DNA from: an uncultured Anaerolineaceae bacterium
GTDB lineage: Bacteria > Chloroflexota > Anaerolineae > Anaerolineales > E44-bin32
Reading direction: 5' to 3'
Assembly: GCA_964353875.1 (NCBI GenBank)
Contig: CAYGXU010000007.1
Coordinates: forward strand, 1-57,416
Length of the DNA stretch: 57,416 bases
The translations under genes were made by a program, and so were the position numbers. Of the stretch, positions 50,201 through 57,416 are shown in pieces (positions within the stretch are counted from its first letter, which is position 1; the number at the start of each line of letters is the position of its first letter). The notes under the pieces are model-generated. The model did not search any database. It saw only the letters and a list, made by a program, of their open reading frames with translations, and was not told the DNA's origin.

Positions 50201-50371
50201 AGGCCAGAGATGTTACATAAGGGAGTTCACTAAGTTGATAACTAGCAATTCGGTTTTTCTCATGGACACTGCCGCGCGTGTTAGAACCCTGAATTGATTT
50301 TGGCGCTGTAACCCGCAACTGCTCCGACGATTGATTAACCATCATCCGAGGAAGTTGATCCGAGTTGACTG

Positions 50372-51460
50372 CTATGGCATAAATAATGATGAGACGCTTT
50401 CATTCCAAGCAACTTTGACAGCTTGGGGGACAGCAGGATCTCCGAGCAAATTCATTAAATTAGAATTAAAAAGATCTCTTCCGCGCTTTCCTAACGTGGC
50501 GAGGAGCATCAGAAGCCAATCGCACACCTGAACAAAGTTGATCTCGTGGCCTTGAGCGAAATATCTTTCAGCTTGAATTTTTGCCTCGTCGGTTGGCTCA
50601 GTTGCCCCAACCAGAAATAGATAGTCTTCTATCCCAGCAGGAGCCATTTTGGTATTGAATGTCGCAACAAGCCTGGCATGATCGACCTTTCTTTCAGTAA
50701 CTTCTATTGCCAACAGAACATCGCCTTGATTATGAATTGTTATGTCACCTCCTGCACCGGATGCAGCATCAGCGACATTAATACCTTGCCATTCAATTTG
50801 CCAATTAAGTTCGAAATAATCTCGAATAGTCTCAAACATGCACACGACAAGAAGAACTGGATACAAACCACCACTAGGTCTGGACAGCAGGGAGGAAAAC
50901 AGCTGCGCATACTGCTCTAGGCTAATTCGTTGAATACGGGTAAGAGGAACAATCGAATCTTCTCTGAGTTGGGAAAACCTAAAAAGGAGATAATCAAGAA
51001 AAGTGTGAAGTCTAAATTCTTCGCTTGTAATAGACAGATAATCAATTAGGAGTAATAGAGAATCATATCCCCGCTTATCTCGCAGACCCTCCCTGGTAGA
51101 GATGTCGAATCTAACTTGTCTTCTAAAGGTGCTAAGATATGGTCCTTTGGTCGATGGAATACGCCTATTCTGCAGAAAAGGGTTAATTAGCTTTTCATCA
51201 AGGTCACGCGCGTTGAATGCTCTCGGACCGTGGCTCACATATGGAAGATGTATATCGAGTGTATCATCCAAGATCCGAGCTAGAGCACACCCTAGCAGAA
51301 CCTCTCTATATGATTGGGTATTGGACGAAAAGATTGTGTCGAAATGGTCAATCAACACTGGATCAATTTTAGGAAAGCTTCCCTCAAGGACACCGGCTTC
51401 AGCGGTCGAGAAGCTTGCGTTGAGCAGTTTGCTTGCTTGATCGTAATCGATTGTGGCCAT
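50372..51460 (-). CDS. Putative type II restriction endonuclease, PD-(D/E)xK fold (SacI-family-like by recollection)
   Basis: 362 aa. GGDITIHNQGDVLLAIEVTERK fits the D...(D/E)xK pattern. It is adjacent to, and overlaps, a Dam-like methylase gene. Confidence 0.55.
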   Translation of the reverse strand: MATIDYDQASKLLNASFSTAEAGVLEGSFPKIDPVLIDHFDTIFSSNTQSYREVLLGCALARILDDTLDIHLPYVSHGPRAFNARDLDEKLINPFLQNRRIPSTKGPYLSTFRRQVRFDISTREGLRDKRGYDSLLLLIDYLSITSEEFRLHTFLDYLLFRFSQLREDSIVPLTRIQRISLEQYAQLFSSLLSRPSGGLYPVLLVVCMFETIRDYFELNWQIEWQGINVADAASGAGGDITIHNQGDVLLAIEVTERKVDHARLVATFNTKMAPAGIEDYLFLVGATEPTDEAKIQAERYFAQGHEINFVQVCDWLLMLLATLGKRGRDLFNSNLMNLLGDPAVPQAVKVAWNESVSSLFMP

Positions 51461-52358
51461 AGTAATCAGACCCCAAATCGTAGTTCATCCAAAGGCATTC
51501 TTGCCGAAGCTCTTTAACCGAATGGGTTTTCTTTTCAGGAGCATCAAAACGGTACCAGCCGTTGTATAGATCATCCATAAGTTTATTGCGATATCCTGAA
51601 ATCGCAACCATACCATTGACCTGCTTTAATAATTGAGCGAGATGTTTATGCTCATCCTCATCCATCTCATAGGCGTATGCTTTGTCATCACCCCGTGTGC
51701 TATGGAGATAGGGGGGATCACAGTAGAATAAGGTGTCCGGATGATCGTAGAGCATAATTACATCCATCGCTGGCCGATTCTCTATCTGAACGCGAAGAAG
51801 CCTATCAGCTATTTCAGGTAAGGCTTCAACGCCACCAAGCCACCTCGACACCGCTCCCGACATGCCGGATCGGCTGGTTCGCTTGCAGTTTGCCCATCTG
51901 CCCAATGATGCGGTCTGGGCAAGCCCTGTGCGAGTCTGTCTCGCCCGGATATAGAAAAGCCGTCCCCTTTCTAAATCAGAAAGCTTGGTGGGATCGGTTT
52001 CGATTGCCCTATGGAATTCTTCTCGGGAGAAAGGGGTAAGCGAAATTAACCTTACCAATTCATCAGGGCTATCGCGCAGGATACGAAAGAAGTTTGTAAC
52101 CTCTCCATCGATATCATTATATGTCTCAACAGGAGATGGATCTCTATTAAGCAGGACTGCGGCTGAACCAGCGAATGGTTCACAATAGTGGTGGCTCTCC
52201 GGAAGCAGGGGCAGAAGCCATTGGAGATGACTGAATTTACCTCCATACCACCCAAAAGCAATAAGACGCCCGTTATTCTTCCTCTTGCGACGAATTCCAT
52301 TCTCGCTTTGGTCGGCTTCTTTTTGTTCGAGATATATTGAATCTGGCTTGCGTGTCAT
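51399..52358 (-). CDS. DNA N6-adenine methyltransferase (Dam/D12 class)
   Basis: YGGKFSHLQWLL, FAGSAAV (motif I) and CDPPY (motif IV). ATG 52358 has a GGGAG RBS; the ORF opens at TTG 52391. Confidence 0.9.
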   Translation of the reverse strand: MTRKPDSIYLEQKEADQSENGIRRKRKNNGRLIAFGWYGGKFSHLQWLLPLLPESHHYCEPFAGSAAVLLNRDPSPVETYNDIDGEVTNFFRILRDSPDELVRLISLTPFSREEFHRAIETDPTKLSDLERGRLFYIRARQTRTGLAQTASLGRWANCKRTSRSGMSGAVSRWLGGVEALPEIADRLLRVQIENRPAMDVIMLYDHPDTLFYCDPPYLHSTRGDDKAYAYEMDEDEHKHLAQLLKQVNGMVAISGYRNKLMDDLYNGWYRFDAPEKKTHSVKELRQECLWMNYDLGSDYYGHNRLRSSKQTAQRKLLDR

Positions 52359-52407
52359 TTCCCCTACTCCCTTTATTACCAGATAGAACAATAGTGCTAC
52401 TTGTTGG

Positions 52408-52416
52408 ATTATAGCA
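52408..52416 (-). promoter_or_regulatory. Extended -10 element (TGCTATAAT) upstream of the methylase gene
   Basis: The reverse complement of 52408-52416 reads TGCTATAAT, about 50 nt upstream of ATG 52358. The -35 is weak. Confidence 0.4.
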
Positions 52417-52574
52417 TGTATTGTGAGGGAATAAAAGAAGAAAGGACATTCTCGAATATTAAGATTGGTAAAGCGCGATACGACCTCGAAATGGATAATA
52501 GATGCCTTGCGCCTCTTCTTGCATCCATAAATGCTTTGCGATGGGACTAGAGCGGTGCTTGGCAGGAACGGATG

Positions 52575-52830
52575 CAGGCAGGGGGCAGCTTATAGAGGCT
52601 TGTGGAACGATCCCCCTCTAATTCGCGAACTTGTGTTTATTTTGAAATATGACGTAAGTGGCATGAGGAATTGCAGGTGATAAAAGGCTCCTTCAAGTAT
52701 CGTGAAATAATTATGGAATGGCCGGTAAAGATCTATTTGAAGCATAGACGGCATATAGATGCTCCCGTGTTTGCGGCTCAAGCCGAAACATAGTGTTGGA
52801 TGATTTGAGATGCCAAGATGATTATCGATT
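52575..52830. repeat. Island intergenic element, copy B (most diverged)
   Basis: Aligns with copy A through the hairpin, the ATTCGCGAAC block, GTGTTTATTTT and GTGGCATGAGGAAT. Alignment is weaker to the right. Boundaries are approximate. Confidence 0.65.
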
Positions 52831-52884
52831 CCCGGAAAGAAAGATTGACAAGTGAAGCGTTTCTTAAATGTTAGAAGGCATTTA

Positions 52885-53607
52885 TTAATGCTTAAATTTC
52901 CTAAATAATTTCCCTACTGGTGGATTTTCTTCCCATTCAATGTCGCCAAGCTGTTCTATGCTAGCCGATTTAATCAATTCTAATTCTAAGCCAGAAAGAT
53001 CAAACGAGAAATCATTTTCTGGCGCAACAATGATTAAATAACCTCCAGGCCTAACGATCCTAATCATCTCAATAACAGAATCCCTACGACGATTAGTAAT
53101 GATCTTATCTAACATGTATCTTGAGTAGCAAACATGGCAATAGTCTGAAACAAGAGGCAGACCCTGTGAAACATCGCCTAGAATGAAATCTGGAAGTATC
53201 AAATCCCTAATTTGCTTCTTAACATTTGTACGATACCAACAGATGAATTCCTCTTTGTAATCATTAGAACTCCACCTTAATACAGTAGGAACCCAAATTT
53301 TTACAAGATCTTCCGCGGACTGGCGATTATTAAGTGCTTGCCTTACCCTTGAATTATTTAAATCAATACCAATTGCTTGAATGGATGAGAAAGCCCACAT
53401 GAGTGCAAAAGTTTCAGCACCGCCCTTTCCAAAACCGACATTCACAATCTTGTCTACATGACGAATATCATCAATGAACCAAATAAACCTCGATTTATAA
53501 AGCGTTTCAATCTTATTGTAAAAATCCTCAAAATGATTGTAATACGCTTGACGAATAGGAAATTCGGGTCTTAGGCCATCATTAGATTCTGGAGGAGGTT
53601 TAAGCAT
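52885..53607 (-). CDS. Class I SAM-dependent methyltransferase (no DNA-methylase motifs)
   Basis: 240 aa with the VNVGFGKGG glycine loop, AIGIDLN and VRPGGYLII. There is no (D/N)PPY or PCQ motif. Confidence 0.7.
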   Translation of the reverse strand: MLKPPPESNDGLRPEFPIRQAYYNHFEDFYNKIETLYKSRFIWFIDDIRHVDKIVNVGFGKGGAETFALMWAFSSIQAIGIDLNNSRVRQALNNRQSAEDLVKIWVPTVLRWSSNDYKEEFICWYRTNVKKQIRDLILPDFILGDVSQGLPLVSDYCHVCYSRYMLDKIITNRRRDSVIEMIRIVRPGGYLIIVAPENDFSFDLSGLELELIKSASIEQLGDIEWEENPPVGKLFRKFKH

Positions 53608-53757
53608 AGAAATTCTTTATTACTTCTTAGCGTATTGGCGCTTGCAAAGAGCGAATATTCCGAATACTCCCAACATATCCTTGCATTTAGAGAGGCTCTC
53701 CAGCATAACTGCTGTAGCCGCTTCCCAATTAATGGAGTATATAGGAGGTAGGTTATG

Positions 53758-53965
53758 GAAGTGGGTGGGGCGATCTCCCTACAACTCGTCCACCCGCGTT
53801 TATTTTGGCCTAAAACTATGGCATACAAATCGCGATGGTCAGCAAATGAGAATGGGATACCCGGCGAAACCGCAGCCCGGATGGCAGCATCCTCCTGGAC
53901 TGAACATGAATAAGGACCGGGCTCAATGATTAAGTCCAATAAGAGTGTGGATAGAAGGGAGGCGT
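53758..53965. repeat. Island intergenic element, copy C
   Basis: Shares the hairpin, GCGTTTATTTTGGCC, ATGGCATACAAAT, GGATGGCAGCATCCTCCTGGA and CAATAAGAGTGTGGATAGAAG with copy A. Confidence 0.75.
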
Positions 53966-54109
53966 AATGATGGGGTTGGAAAGGTTACAGCAGGAAGATC
54001 GCTCAATGAACCTTATGCAATTCAGGCCTCCTGATGGAAGCGGCCTGTTTTGTGATGCCGCGGGCAGCATAAGCGACCGTCGGCTTGATCCGCTTGTCGG
54101 GCGCCCCCA

Positions 54110-57237
<3,128 letters not shown>

Positions 57238-57250
<13 letters not shown>

Positions 57251-57414
57251 GCATCCTCCGCTTCTGGGGCGGTTGTCGAAGGATTCTCCCTATCCATAGC
57301 CCATCGTGCGGGATTATCTAGGATATATTGTCGTATGCGCTGAAGAGAGTTTTCGTTTCGTATGATGTGTTCGAAATAATTGCGTTGCCAGACAGATACG
57401 CCAGGGGTATTGCG
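57238..57414 (-). CDS. 3' end of a REP-associated tyrosine (Y1, IS200-like) transposase gene; the 5' part lies outside the window
   Basis: My own translation is ...[38 protein letters not shown]...AWLA*. The WQRNY(F/Y)EHIIRNE...YI..NP..W block is the characteristic RAYT C-terminus. Confidence 0.7.
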
Positions 57415-57416
57415 GT

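Noticed and set aside
49966-50220. The 84-aa + strand ORF inside repeat copy A, together with the analogous 95-aa ORF at 53642-53929 and the minus-strand ORFs at 53571-53939 and 52590-52781, as possible coding explanations of the repeats.
   Set aside because: The short peptide similarities (VYF, GWQH.PG.N) arise from conserved nucleotide blocks. Between the blocks the copies shift frame, copy B has GTG GCA TGA at the equivalent start, and no frame is open in all three copies.
49953-53965. Integron attC sites or a CRISPR-like array as the explanation for the repeats.
   Set aside because: I found no R''/R' core sites (RYYYAAC / GTTRRRY) positioned around the hairpin. No intI-like gene is in the window. 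The elements are longer (210-260 nt) than typical attC sites. They are far too long, too diverged and too widely spaced (kb-sized genes between them) for CRISPR repeats.

Overview
57.4-kb bacterial chromosomal window. I found no rRNA, tRNA or CRISPR array. The protein sequences look Chloroflexota/Anaerolineae-like to me, but that is an unverified impression.

(1) 1-41 kb is mostly conserved housekeeping. It holds proS, rpsO-pnp, two tandem AI-2E transporters, an MFS exporter, a gpt-like PRTase and rpsA-rpsU-infA. The heat-shock operon hrcA-grpE-dnaK-dnaJ-prmA sits behind a perfect CIRCE operator. Then come trxA, a Trp T-box leader before trpS, a B12-binding mutase subunit plus meaB, prs, two tandem ABC-2 exporter operons, a GH5 hydrolase and an M32 carboxypeptidase.

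(2) 41.8-48.3 kb is a visibly G+C-richer sugar-catabolism block that is decaying. Its deoC has an in-frame TAA and is fused by deletion to a 5'-truncated GH94 phosphorylase.

(3) 49.4-57.4 kb is a compositionally mosaic defence island on the minus strand. It contains an unknown 131-aa gene, a PD-(D/E)xK nuclease plus Dam-like methylase (type II R-M), a SAM methyltransferase that is not DNA-type, and a G+C-rich type I HsdR. The hsdR start is overlapped by the 3' end of a RAYT/IS200-like Y1 transposase gene.

The most unusual signal is in this island. Each of the three spacers between these cassettes carries a diverged copy of the same ~210-260 nt non-coding element. Its left end is a hairpin with compensatory base changes between copies. 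I cannot assign it to any known element class.

All family calls come from reading the translated ORFs and remembered family motifs. No database search was possible.
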